Origin: Anthoceros angustus
Lineage: Eukaryota; Plantae; Anthocerotophyta
Direction of reading: 5' to 3'
Assembly: GCA_010909165.1 (NCBI GenBank)
Contig: MU008180.1
Location: 805,884 to 869,883, forward strand
DNA length: 64,000 nt
The notes under the pieces are model-generated. The model worked only from the letters and a program-made list of their open reading frames with translations, made no database searches and was not told the origin of the DNA. Below, piece by piece: positions 24,759 through 36,879 of this stretch (position 1 is its first letter; each line of letters starts with the position of its first letter). A program made the position numbers and the translations under genes.

Positions 24759-27653
24759 TCAGGTGAATATAGTAACCACATCTCTCCTGTAACCACGAAC
24801 CATGAGAAGCCTGGGAATGCCGTCAACCAAGAGATCCATGTACTCCATATAGCAATGGGGTGGATGTCGTGGAGGAGGCGGGGGCAGGCTGACCAACACA
24901 ACTGCTGCCATTCGGGAGTATCTGAGAATGATGGAATTCAACTTCAGCGTTGTGTACAGGAACTTGTTGACCTGCTGCTCATTATATGAGCCATCATCTT
25001 GCAGCGTTCTCTTCCTCATTTCTGCAGCTTGCAAAGCTATTCGTTTCCTGGCTTTCGAGAACGCCTCCACGGCATCTTCCCTGCCTGTCTCAACCTGATG
25101 TTCTTCATGGCGGACGTCCTCCCATGATTTCATAGTTACTACAATAACTTCAGCTTGCATTCTAAGGTCATACAGAAATTTCTTCACATCCGTCTTCAGC
25201 TCCTCCGCCTCAGTGTCCTCTTCTGCAATGCAGAACACCTGAATCTTGCAATTTTCAAAGCTTTCTTTCGCCCTCAGGAGCTGCGATAGAAGTAGCATAA
25301 GCCCCCCATCTCTAACGATCCAATAAAGGTCAATGGTTCCATACTGCCTCTGAAACTCCCCAGGCCACTCATCTAGGCCCTTCACGATCACTACAGCCTT
25401 GTTTGCAGTGGAGCAGTTATTTATGACATTAACAAAAATGTTTGGAATGTCATTGAGCTTCTCTTCCTTCCATATTTCTGGATAGCGCATGCAAACAATA
25501 TTTGGCTTCAAGTTTGCAAGGCCCATGGTCTGCACTATCCCACAGAAGCCTTCACAAAAGTCCCTGGCTACCACAACCTCTGCAACTCCCTCACAGTTCT
25601 TGTAGTCTATGTATGTGCTCAATAACCTGGACGCTTGGCGAGCTTCCTCAACCTTCTCCTTGTAGTCACCTTGAGTAATAGACACAAAGATGGACATACC
25701 CCGACCCTTCTTCTTCATGCAGTTAGCAAAATCTGCCAGCTTGGGGTGACAAGGCACATCCATAGGTAGGATCCCCCAAGGCTTACACAAAATAAGAGGG
25801 ATAGGATACCAGTTCTTCGGATGCACCTGGGTGGCTCCAAGAGAGCGCAGACTTCGGAGTGCCAACTGGAAGTAAGCACTCTTGAAACCATCTCCCCAAT
25901 CACCACCCTTCCCCTTAATACTGACGTAGTAATAAAGAAGGCCAGCAAGAGCCAAAGAAATGATAGTAAATGACCATGAAATTAGAAACATGATCGTAAT
26001 GCAGAGAGTGGCTCCCAGGAGCGACAGGCTCCAGTGATGGAACTTCCAACGAGGCCGCCAGCTGGGAGCATCAAGCAAATCCAGAAGAAGGCACGACAGA
26101 TTCACCCCACCATAGCACATCAAGAAGAACATGGTGATGACAGGAGTAATCAGATCCAGATTACCAATCACAACAAAACTAGCTGTTATGAACATGGTAA
26201 ACAGGGTTGCCAAGTAAGGTTCCATGTTGTCATGGGCCTTGAAATACTTAAGCACAGGGAGGATGTCATCGTTTGCAATGGCAGCCAGCAGACGAGGAGC
26301 ACCTGTCAAACTCTGAAGAGCTGCACCGAGAGTTGATAGAATGATCCCAACCTGGACTACCCAGGCTTCTGGCCATGCCAGAGTTGCAGTCAGAAGTCGA
26401 TCTGTCAACAGCTCTTCCCTTGTGGCAACCGCTCCAAACATAAAGACGGAAACAAGATAGAGGAAAGTAGTGCTTGCAATGGCAGACAAGGTTCCGATAG
26501 GAATCGACTTCTGTGTGTCTCTCAGAGTAGCTGATCGATTCGATCCAGCCATAATTCCAGTAACAGCTGGGAAGAAAAGCCCCAGAAGACCGCTGAAGTT
26601 CCAGTAAATGATGCCATCCTCCGCAGGTATACCTGCTCTGTTGGTGCGGGTGTACTTAGAACCCCAATTACTCTTGAGAGTCTTGAAAGACAAGCCAGTG
26701 ATGCCAGGGTGAGCTTCATCCCGCCCTTGAGCTACAAAAATCCCGATGAAGATGAGGAAGACCGACATGAGAACAGGAATGAGAAAAGCGGGGGCCACTC
26801 GGTTGATGATCTTCACCCCTCCAAAGACGATGAGACATAAGACGACAGTGGCAATCACTCCGTACACCTGCAGATCGTGAAGGTTGGGGCTGTAGATTGC
26901 GGTGCTCGCGGTGGGAGCCAGGGATGAATTGGGCTCTAAATTTGTGATGGTATCCTTGAAAATCCCTGCTTTAGGTAGAGCGTCCAAAAACGTCTCGACC
27001 GCTCCCAGAATGTACAGAGAGCCTGCCACGGCATTCCCAAGAAAAAAACAGAGACCAATGCTAACACCAACTTCCGGGCCCAGGGCACGGCCAATGAGAA
27101 AGTAGGGGCCCCCGCCTTTCATAGCGCCATTGGTTGCGATCGCACTGAGAGAGAGCCCCGTCAAGAAAGTGCACAGACAGCACAAGGCGACCAGAAGAAA
27201 GCTCTGCCACACCCCAGCGATGCCCACAATCCACGAGAATCGGATGTAGAAAATAATCCCCAAAATGTTCTGCAAGCAAGGAATGAAGACTCCCATGAGC
27301 GTGCCCAGCTTGGCAGACTTGGGCCTAGGCCGGCCCAGCGTGATGGCAATCTCCTCTCCCCCGGGACTCAGCGGCGTGGACGGCTGCTGGCCGCCCATGC
27401 TCTTGAGGCCCACCACATCCACCAGCGGATCGAACTCGAACAGCTCCAGCTTGGATTCCCGCTCCGTGCGCTCAAAAATGGCATGGGTCGGCGAGGAGGG
27501 CTCCTTCTCCACACTGTCCCTCGCGTCGTCATTGACGATCATGCTGTAAGGGGATCTGGGAGGCGTGGCCAGATCCACAGCAATCATGTCGGCGGGGACA
27601 TGGTCCCCGTCCCCGTTGCCGTTGCCGTGGTGGTCCGCAGCCCCGTTGTCCAT
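24759..27653 (-). CDS. CCC1: Cation-chloride cotransporter 1 (SLC12), single exon, 964 aa from the first ATG (MDNGAAD); ORF track extends to a TTG at 27710
   Basis: ESKLELF.FD.LV..GLKSM, KLGTLMGVFIPCLQNILGII, GGGPYFLIGRALGPEVG, FFPAVTGIMAGSNRS, HPKNWYPIPL, C-terminal RGYRRDVVTIFT. Confidence 0.97.
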   Translation of the reverse strand: MDNGAADHHGNGNGDGDHVPADMIAVDLATPPRSPYSMIVNDDARDSVEKEPSSPTHAIFERTERESKLELFEFDPLVDVVGLKSMGGQQPSTPLSPGGEEIAITLGRPRPKSAKLGTLMGVFIPCLQNILGIIFYIRFSWIVGIAGVWQSFLLVALCCLCTFLTGLSLSAIATNGAMKGGGPYFLIGRALGPEVGVSIGLCFFLGNAVAGSLYILGAVETFLDALPKAGIFKDTITNLEPNSSLAPTASTAIYSPNLHDLQVYGVIATVVLCLIVFGGVKIINRVAPAFLIPVLMSVFLIFIGIFVAQGRDEAHPGITGLSFKTLKSNWGSKYTRTNRAGIPAEDGIIYWNFSGLLGLFFPAVTGIMAGSNRSATLRDTQKSIPIGTLSAIASTTFLYLVSVFMFGAVATREELLTDRLLTATLAWPEAWVVQVGIILSTLGAALQSLTGAPRLLAAIANDDILPVLKYFKAHDNMEPYLATLFTMFITASFVVIGNLDLITPVITMFFLMCYGGVNLSCLLLDLLDAPSWRPRWKFHHWSLSLLGATLCITIMFLISWSFTIISLALAGLLYYYVSIKGKGGDWGDGFKSAYFQLALRSLRSLGATQVHPKNWYPIPLILCKPWGILPMDVPCHPKLADFANCMKKKGRGMSIFVSITQGDYKEKVEEARQASRLLSTYIDYKNCEGVAEVVVARDFCEGFCGIVQTMGLANLKPNIVCMRYPEIWKEEKLNDIPNIFVNVINNCSTANKAVVIVKGLDEWPGEFQRQYGTIDLYWIVRDGGLMLLLSQLLRAKESFENCKIQVFCIAEEDTEAEELKTDVKKFLYDLRMQAEVIVVTMKSWEDVRHEEHQVETGREDAVEAFSKARKRIALQAAEMRKRTLQDDGSYNEQQVNKFLYTTLKLNSIILRYSRMAAVVLVSLPPPPPRHPPHCYMEYMDLLVDGIPRLLMVRGYRRDVVTIFT

Positions 27654-29529
27654 CTCTGCTCGCCGGCTATCATCCGAGGCCCGCCGGCACCAGCCCGATT
27701 GCCCCCACAACCCGCAGATCGGCCCAGTGGAGAGTCAGGCAGATCCGGATCAGGGCAGCACCGAAGGCGGCAATTTGCGGAGCGAGGCGCGGGCGCCCAG
27801 GAGCTCCATGCCTCCCGCTCGCGCTTCCGCTCCCCCGGGCTGCCTCCTCAAACTTGCAAATGCCTGCATGGGCATCCAGGTGGAGTGGGAGGTAGACCAG
27901 ACCTAGCTGCTGCTGCCTGCCGCTTTGAGCGTGCCCGTCTATCTACCCTCTCCCTGCTTGCTGGCCTTCCATGCCTGGGCTGGCCCGGCCTGCACTCGCC
28001 TTGCGTCTGGTGAGAACGCGTGGGAGAAGGAGCGAGGGAAGCAAACAAGGAAGCCCTGCAGAATGTACCGCCAAAGTCTGACTCCGGTGCACACCAAAAT
28101 GCCAGTGCGGGGATGTGATGAGAGGCCGAGATGTTCGGATTTTCATTTCACTCAGTCCATGTGCATACACTACCTATGCATACACATCAGCACATATGTT
28201 GTACAACATACTCCTCCCATGTCTGTTTCATCCAGAGCATAGCTACATTATTTAACATGGCCTTCAAGTGTAGGGCCCACCCAACGTCACAGAGACTTGG
28301 ACTCACGAACTGTCTGTCAGAGGGACGACATTCAAGACAAGCGGAGCATGAAATGCATCATTCACAACCTCATTTACATCAGGACAAGGTGTCTATATTA
28401 TTTTGATGCACGCACACATAGGCAAACAGGAAATGAAAATAGAGCAGGCTGCTTGAGCGTCTGCTCAAGGCCTGGGGTAATCACATTCATTCATCGTGCA
28501 TGCATCAGTACCTTGCTGGCCCTCTCCGAGTGTACCCCTAGCATCCGGCCATGTACCCCGAGCCCTCTCACAACTCCAGGCACAACAACCGTGGGCACTC
28601 CACTCAGTCAGGAGTCAGGACTGCTGAGTGCAGACAGCCACATGGATGTACAGCTGCAAAGAAGCATTTCGAAAACAGTATTCTGGTGCAGACAGAAGCT
28701 CCGGATCTACAGCCAACGCACGGCGTGCTTAGCTATAACAGATCCCTGTCCTTAGGTACCTGATATACAAGATATCTTCACGCCACAGCTCCCTCACTCA
28801 CAAGACAACGATCGCTGCAAAATTCCTACCGCTGCTGTCCTGTAGAACATCAAGAAGAGCGGACAACATCCAGCTGAACAGTTACCGGTTGGGAGGCCAA
28901 ATGTGTGCGTCAATGACCAGGAACGAAGGCGCGGGTACGCCGTTTCTGCACCCGATGCTGCTATAGTTTCGAGCATGAAACTCATGCCGGAGAAATGGAT
29001 GAAGCTCCTGCGAGTGGATCTTGTTCACGCAGGTCCTCAGGGTGTCACTTGTGATACGAGAAAACAGCCGTCCCCCCGCCATGACGACCCTCCATGATTC
29101 GATCCTCCTTCGGCCCTAGCACATACAGTTCTTCAATGCAGTTCATGCTCCTTCTCCACCAGAAGCCTGCGTCCTTTCGAGCTGCCTCGGCGGCTGGTGA
29201 AGGCGTGCCGGCTTCCCGGCTTCGTGCGCGACCTTGGCAGACTCCGCTGCCATCGCGGACGCTCCTGGCAGCATGGAGCTGCTTCCGAACGCTTCAGTCT
29301 TTGTTAAGTTCAAGTCGCGATGAAGATGTCACGTGACAGGCCACGCAACCCTTCCTCCTAGACGGTTAAAAGGTAGGTAGGTAGATAGCTAGCAAACGTT
29401 TACACCACTTAGGTACTGTGTTAAGGGATGCTTGAAACAAAAACCCTCCGGAATCAGATTCTAACAAAACTCTCCACCTCGCATGAGCGCGTAGGAAATC
29501 AATGTGTTGATTGCGGCAAGGAAGGCAAC

Positions 29530-32500
29530 ATGGGAGATGACTCTGACTCGGACGACTCCTGCACTACCCCAGGCACAAGCCAACCAGGTGAGGAAGCAAG
29601 CATTTTCTTGTCTTCACAAATTTGTGCGGAAGGTCAGGTTCTGTGACTGGCAATGGAAACTTCTGATGGAATTGGGATGTGGTCGATCAGGACATGACCT
29701 GGTGAGATACATCGAAACCGCAGTTGAGACATGTGCCACTGCCAATGTGGAGGCTGTGAAAATAATTCTTGGAGTATGTCACAGATTTCCCTTTTTCATA
29801 GCGCTGCTCCGGCCAATACAACTTGCTCACCGTATTAGCCTGACCATTGTCGTTCAGAGGTTGAGTGAAGCTGCAGACGACGCTGTCATGAAGCTCATCG
29901 GTGAACTCTGTGGGTTGTTTGAGCGATACAATACACGTCAAGTCAGCATGATCAAGCAGGCCTTGGGTGCGTTTCTGGCAGGAGGGACCTTGGATATGCA
30001 GGGGATTGACAAGGTTAAAGCTTACTTCAAGCTGGAGCCGTAAGTGCTGAAATACTTCGCAGCTGCCACTCGTGTTGACATACAGCGCCTCAACAGGTCT
30101 GCGAGGACGAAGAGTTTCAGGAAGGGATTCAACGAGTTCTGAGTTTCCTTCCAGGGAAACCTCGTGCTGAGAAGTCTGATGAAGGGTCCAAAATTGACAA
30201 TCAAGCTGCAGGAATTCTGGACCGTACAAGCATTACTGTGCTCTATTCTTCTGCGCCATCCTCATCTGCAGAGGACGCATTGAAGAAGCCACTGCATGAT
30301 TCTTCCGTCTCAGATACTGATCGAGCCGCAGAATCTGGATCGTCGACGGTTCCACCTCTGACCAGTAGAAGGTATGTCGGCCCCTTTGATCAGGGTCCGT
30401 GTATACAACTGGCGAGGAGACAGCCTAGTGAGAGGCTTTACTCGGTGCCCGTGGCTATTTTTTGTTTCCCGAGTGGTTGCTACCTCCCAGTCTCACTGTG
30501 ACAACTGCAGCGAAAACGAAAAAGCACCAAGCAACTGGTCTGAATCTTGGAAGCGGGCTGTGCGGGGAGTTTTGAAGAAACACCGACGCGAAAGGATAAG
30601 GTATGAGGTTTCTAGAGACTGGATTGTTGATAAAAGTGGGCGTTTAGCATCTGACGGCTGGAGATTGTGCAGGGATAAGGCTTTGAGGAGAATGAAAGCA
30701 GGGCCTCGCAAAATCATCCCAAAATCTGATGCCACCAAAGAGCGGCTTCGTAAAATTCTCGGGTGAGCCCGAAATAACGAACTACTCATAGATCCTAGGT
30801 TGTTTCTGTTTTATTTTCAGTGTGATTGTTTATGACATGGTAGCTTTCTTCAGAGAGCACTTCCTTTTTGGAGACTTGGATGTTTCGTTAAGAGAGGAGA
30901 TCATAGATGCCTTTCAGGATGTTCGGGTTGCACCAGGCACAGAAATTATCAAGCAGGGTGACATTGCAGACAACTTCTACATAATAGTACGTGCATGTAG
31001 CTTAATTGTCTCCACACCTGCGTATGCAATAATCGTGCAGCAGGTCGTGTGTATCATGGAAACGTGCTCAGAGTACCAACTTTCTATGCAACAAGTTGCT
31101 TGTAGCTGTGAGATGGAAACTCACAATTCTGAATGTATGACCTCGCCCTAATTTCAGGATGTTGGGGAATTCGACATTCTCGCCAAAAAGGTAAGTACTC
31201 TACAATGTGTGAATGTATTTGAAAGGCGCTTGTCACGAGAGCAGTATTAAGGAAATGGAAAATGACATGTAGGACAGCATAAGCTTAATCTCGTTTTGAC
31301 TATATGAAGTAGGACATCTACTCAGAAGCTTATGAGGAGTGAGTCACATCACTGGCTTCTTGACTTCGTTATTGTATCAAGTAGGGAAATGAGCCTCCTA
31401 CTCTTGTGAAAACTAGAGGTGCTGGGGAGAGCTTTGGAGAATTGGCTTTAATGTATGATAGTGTTCGAAACGCAACCTGCAAAGCAACAGTTCACTCATT
31501 ATTATGGGCTGTGGATCGAGCAACTTTCAAGTCAATTATTGGGCGGCATTTAGCCGGCTCAGCAACTGCACAGGTTGTTGAGTAGTGCTCTTAGGGTTCT
31601 CCATTTTTTTTGTTGCTTTCATCATTTATGGAGCTGGTCATAGTGCCAGACAAAACTGAAAACTCTGTTGGCGTGTTGCAGGTGCTAAGAGAGGCACCAA
31701 TTCTCAAAAAGCTTTCAACGAAGGAGATTGTCAGTATAAGTCAGCAGTGCACTGTCTCAACTTTTCAACGTGGTCAGCATATACTGCTCGCGGGTGTCAC
31801 AATGGACAAGGTTCTTCCCAACACATTTGAATTTGGTAAAGATGTCTCATGATCCAACCATCGACTCCCAAGAAGGAAGATGCCGTTAAACTGACACTAC
31901 GTACAACCTGCAGGTTCACCTGATTCAAGATGGTCAAGTGAGGGTTAGCTGGGGAACTATGGCAGGTGGATCTACTGGAAGTGCAGGTGGAGAGACAGTG
32001 GCAGTGATGAATCGGCTGGAAGTACTAGGTGAAGCACTTCTGTTGAGTGCGGAAGCGGTGAATCTGTGGACTTACGTTGCTTCTTCAGAACATGTAACTT
32101 GTTGCATTGGAATCACACTTGTCTGCCCACACAAATAGTTGGTGGAGTGTCAGAGAAGTATAGTGGTTGGTGTCAGAACCCTGTGGGACTTGCAATTGCT
32201 CTCATCACTTCCGTTTGTTCTCTTCCATGGTTCAGAGCACTGGTATGGGGTTGTAAGAAGTAACTCGCCCTTTTCTTTCGTTGTACCTCAGGTGACTACC
32301 CTCAGTATGGACAGAAGTGTGCTCACTGAGGGTATGCTACATAACATGAGAAAGGGTCTACAAATCCAGCTTGTTACCTTGGCTTTGCAGCGCGTTCCAG
32401 CATTTCTTGAGCTCAGCTTTGAGAAGCATGCACGTTTGGCGGAAGCATTTGGTGAAACGTGTCACTTGAGAGGTATGAAATCAAGAGTTGAGCGACCCTG

Positions 32501-35500
32501 GATGGTAGCAATCAGTGCACGTCCCTGGAACCTGTATGGGTGCAAGTTAGCCTGTCAGTTGCCAGAATTGTGCTGATTTCCTGAACAGCTGCACATAAAA
32601 GGGTTGGTCGTCTTATTGCAGGGCAGGAAATTATTACCTGTGGTGCAGCTTTGGGATCGGCAGCTAGGATATATGTGGTTCAAAATGGTTCAATATCTCT
32701 TTCCAGAGTCCCGGAACCAACGTTGAAGGATGCTATAAGACAGCAACGGGAGTCATCTGCTTCTGTTCTTGGTGGCTGGAGTACCAGATTTGGGTCTTTT
32801 CTGAAGACAACAGGTTCGGGTAGCACACCACAATCTCCTCGAGGAAGTATTATAGCAGCTGGTCCAGATTCATTATCCAAGATTGGCAAGGCTGTAGACT
32901 TTAGGACTACATTGCCTGAACTGAAGCTAGACCTTGTAGGGGACAAGAGCCCTCTTGTACCTCGGCAGGGGGGAAGCCCAAGGCAGCATATTGGGTCTGT
33001 GGTTCTTCCAAGGCTGACCCATTATTCTGCCTTAATTGGATGTTGTAATGAAGCTAGCCCACGTGGTCTGTGCCCCTCTGAATGCCCCTACACTAACTAT
33101 GCGGTCATTGCATCAGCAAGGATGCCAAGAAGTTATAGCTCGGTGGCCATCTTGTTATGCCCTAAAGCCGCTGGTGGCTGTGCATGTGGTACTATCTAAT
33201 ATGTCTTTGATTCTCATGCATCCAGGTCTTCTGGCCCATGGACCATAACAACGTATGGTGTGTTTGGTGACGAGTGTCTCCTGAACTCCACGAAAGACGA
33301 TACTGATGGGCCACTTTCGCAAGCAGGAGCTGTTGTGGATAGTGCAGGGGCTGTGTGTTTATCTATTTCACTGGCTGAAGTCACAGCGATAATTGGCCCA
33401 GTGCAGGAGCTTCTTACGAGGAATGTGAACTTGAAGGTGTTACGGTGTGCACTTTTCCCTGTTCAATGAGTAATCAGTGTAATATGCAAAGTTTGATTTC
33501 TCAGGTGAAATATCGAAGGAGCCAGTGGGGCAACAAGAAGTAGATTGAAACATTCTGAACGACTCTATGTTTTTTTGCTAAATTCGGATACACTTTGTAG
33601 GAAAGTTCCATGCTTAGAGTATTTGACGGCCTCAGAGTTAGACTCCCTTTCTCGTTCCATGGGTATACTCAAACTCAAGCCTGGGGAGACTGTCTATCGA
33701 GCCTCTGACGTTGCCGACAGGCTGTTCATTGTTCGGAAAGGAACAGTTCATGAAGTCAGGGCTGAAACAAGTACTAGAGGAAGTATACGAAGTATTCCAG
33801 ATCAAGTTGTATATTCCAAGGGATCCTTTTTTGGGGATGAGGCTCTTTTGCAAGCAGGACCAAGGGCGTGCACAATGGTAGCGGGAGAAGCAGCACATGG
33901 TGGATTAGGTCAGAAAAGATTTCCTGATCATGGTTCCCTCGAGGATCAGACTCTTATCTGGATAGGCTACTTCTATTTAGGATGTCTTTTAGCGTTCTAC
34001 GTGCAATACATTGCATGTCTCCCACTTTGTCATGGCTGTTACAGGAGTTGAACTGGTGTATCTGGATAGGGCTGTGTTGGAGACCAATCTTGGCCCGTTG
34101 GTTGAGCTAAATGAACTCCGGAGAAAGGAAAATGAGCTAAGAGGCATTGTGAAAACGATAGTTTTTGAGGAGCTTCAAATCATCGGACTTCTAGGAACAG
34201 GCATGATCTCCTCCTTGTCTCGGCAAGATTACTTTTGGGCATACCAACTGGTCAAAGGATCCTGGCGCGCGATTTCCATACCAGCCCAGGCGGAGCATTT
34301 GATCACTTTTAAAATGTTTGAGCATTTGATCACTTTTAAAATGTTTTGCATACAGGCCTTTTTGGGAAGGTGAAGTTGGTCTATAGCAATCGCAGTAAAA
34401 TGCACTATGCATTAAAGTGCGTGAATAAAGCTAAGGTATCATACTGTTATTGAATTTAACTGGGATGTGTTATACGTCTATGACTTATCTTTATTTATTA
34501 ATATCAAATAATACATTTTCACATAATTATATAATCCTCGTGGTAATCATGCAGGTTGTTAAAATGCAGGAGGAAGAACATCTTCGAAATGAAAAGTTGC
34601 ATATGGCAGAATTAGATCACCCGTTCATAACAAAGTTAATCCGCACTTTCAAGGATCAGACTTGTGTAAATTATTTCTCCGTGATTGTGCTTGAATGTTC
34701 TATATGTGTAGTTGTTGTATTTTTGTTTAATTTATCTTTTACTGAGATAATGTTTATTTGTAATGATATCATGTAGGTATATCTCTTACAAGAACTTACT
34801 ACGGGCCGAGAATTGTTTCTGTTTATGGAAAAAATTGGCCGTTTGCAAGAGTGGGAAGCTGCTTTTTATGCCGGAGGAGTACTTCTTGCGTAAGGTTTTA
34901 GAATAATGTTTCTAGTTTTTATTTCCACACTTGTTATCTGAATTACAAAATGATTTGTAATTTATAGGCTTGAGTACATGCATTCAAAAGGGATTGTGTA
35001 TAGAGACTTGAAACCGGAAAACACACTCATTGGAGATAATGGCTATCCTAAGCTTATTGATATGGGGTTTGCAAAAAAAATTCACAATCGACGAACGTAT
35101 TCCATGTGTGGAACACCAGACTATATGGCACCAGAGATTATAAAACGACAAGGACATGGCAAAGCGGTTGATTATTGGGCCTTAGGATGTATGATCTTTG
35201 AAATGATAACGAACACAAGTCCTTTCAATCGGTGTGACGATTCTCCACAAGTAAGGATGTGATTCGATTTCTTCTATGATATTAAAAAAATAGTTTTTAC
35301 AGTAAAATATCGTTGAACTATTATGATTCCATCAGGTAGTCTTTCAAAGAATAACAGAAGGACGGATGCGCTTCCCACCCTACATGAGTTTTAATGCTGT
35401 TGATATTATTAAAAAGTTACTGGATTCCAATCCTGAGACTCGTTTGGGATGTCGTAAACGAGGTGCCCTTGATGTTAAAGAACATCCTTTTTTCACGAAC

Positions 35501-35809
35501 TTGATAAACTTTCAACTTTTAATACGGCAAAAGGAAGATCCTCCTGTAAGTAAAATTGTTTAACATTTGAGTGGAATAAAATATTTTCATAATAAAACTT
35601 GAGTTTTGATAAAGTGCATAAGTCTATTAGAAAATCTGAATAAAATAATTAATATAATAATATAACAATAATAATAATTTTATTTTTAATAGATGATACC
35701 CCCAAGGATCATGGACTATTCATCACTATGTATTCGCGATGATGAACCAGAATATGTGGATGTTTCCAACTCTCCAATAATTGATAGAAACTGGGACGAT
35801 ATTTTTTAG
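29530..35809 (+). CDS. Cyclic-nucleotide-dependent AGC kinase (PKG-like): N-terminal region, four cNMP-binding domains, C-terminal kinase domain; >20 exons; start at 29530 or in-frame 29428
   Basis: [138 protein letters not shown]...DVKEHPFF; ends NWDDIF* at 35809. Confidence 0.9.
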
Positions 35810-36800
35810 TTATGAGTGTACTTTTTTGTTTACAAGGATGCCTCAAACAGTATTTTATCATGAAATTGAAGAAGATCTCTTCTCGTATTATCTGGTAAAT
35901 AGTCTTCCTTGCTGAGAAGCTTTGAGCAATATCAAAGTGGGCTTACACTTGGTTCACATTATTACTTTTGGTTCACATTATGTCGGTGCAGCAAAAAACT
36001 ATTTCTGGTTAATCTTGCCTACATTTAAAGAGACTATTTGATAGACCTGTCTTTGTATAAAATGTAAGTAGAGCATGTGTCACGTGCATGGATTTTACGT
36101 AGAGATAGGTTTGTTTGTTGGTTCTCCTTTTTTGGCACGTTTTTCATGTTTTGCTTGTATTCCTCGTGTACTTTTCTTGGCAACTTAAATCATAATTTTT
36201 TACCATGTAAAAAAAATTTACCATGTAAAAAAAACTTTTTTTTATTGGCAACTTGGCCTTGATTTTCTTAGTCGACCATCGACGTCACCAACCGCTCGCC
36301 GCAAGAACGCATCCAACTACTGAGAGAGAACATGTGTCAAGCAACGAAAGCGATCCAATCAAACTAATAACAAAATCTACGACCAGATACAAGATAGGAT
36401 AGAGCATGAAAATGATAGCCTTCCTCAACCAGGAGAGCAAGAAGAAAACGAACAGAAACTAAAGGGTATTGTCTTTGTAGCCAATGTTTTGTTGCACTTC
36501 CTTGCTAAGTTGTAGCTACATCCTATAATTTCAATTCCACATTTTCATAAACAACCTTGACTTTAAGTAGAAAACTATGGAGCCACGCATTGATGACTTC
36601 ATGGGAGGAAGTCATCTTCATGACGACTCCAAAAGACTTGTTAGTCAAACAGTTGACGTCAATTGTTTTTGGAGGTGATGGAAATTACACCAAGGCTGAG
36701 ATTGACACTGAGGACGAGGGTCAAAGCTACGACGAGAAATTTCAAAGAACCGCATAAGGAAATGCCACTTGCAGCCACTTCATTTGTAACAGGGATGGGA
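35780..36800 (+). repeat. Segment B1: last kinase codons plus ~1 kb downstream, repeated in direct orientation at ~45853-46815
   Basis: attgatagaaa(c/t)tgggacgatatttttta and onward align; duplicated ORFs MSRAWILRRDRF/MSHAWILRRDRF and MEPRIDDFMGG. Confidence 0.9.
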
Positions 36801-36879
36801 GGCCTACAATATTGTGTGCTATTTGGATGGAGTCCTGAGTTGCCACTCACAATAGTTATAGCTAGGAACTTGGGGATGA

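Noticed and set aside
27655-27710. N-terminal extension of CCC1 in the ORF track (MWGQSG...)
   Set aside because: Begins at TTG; homology starts at the ATG at 27653.
28794-29336. Short ORFs between CCC1 and the kinase as possible uORFs or a small gene
   Set aside because: No motif support, and the transcript start is unknown from sequence alone.
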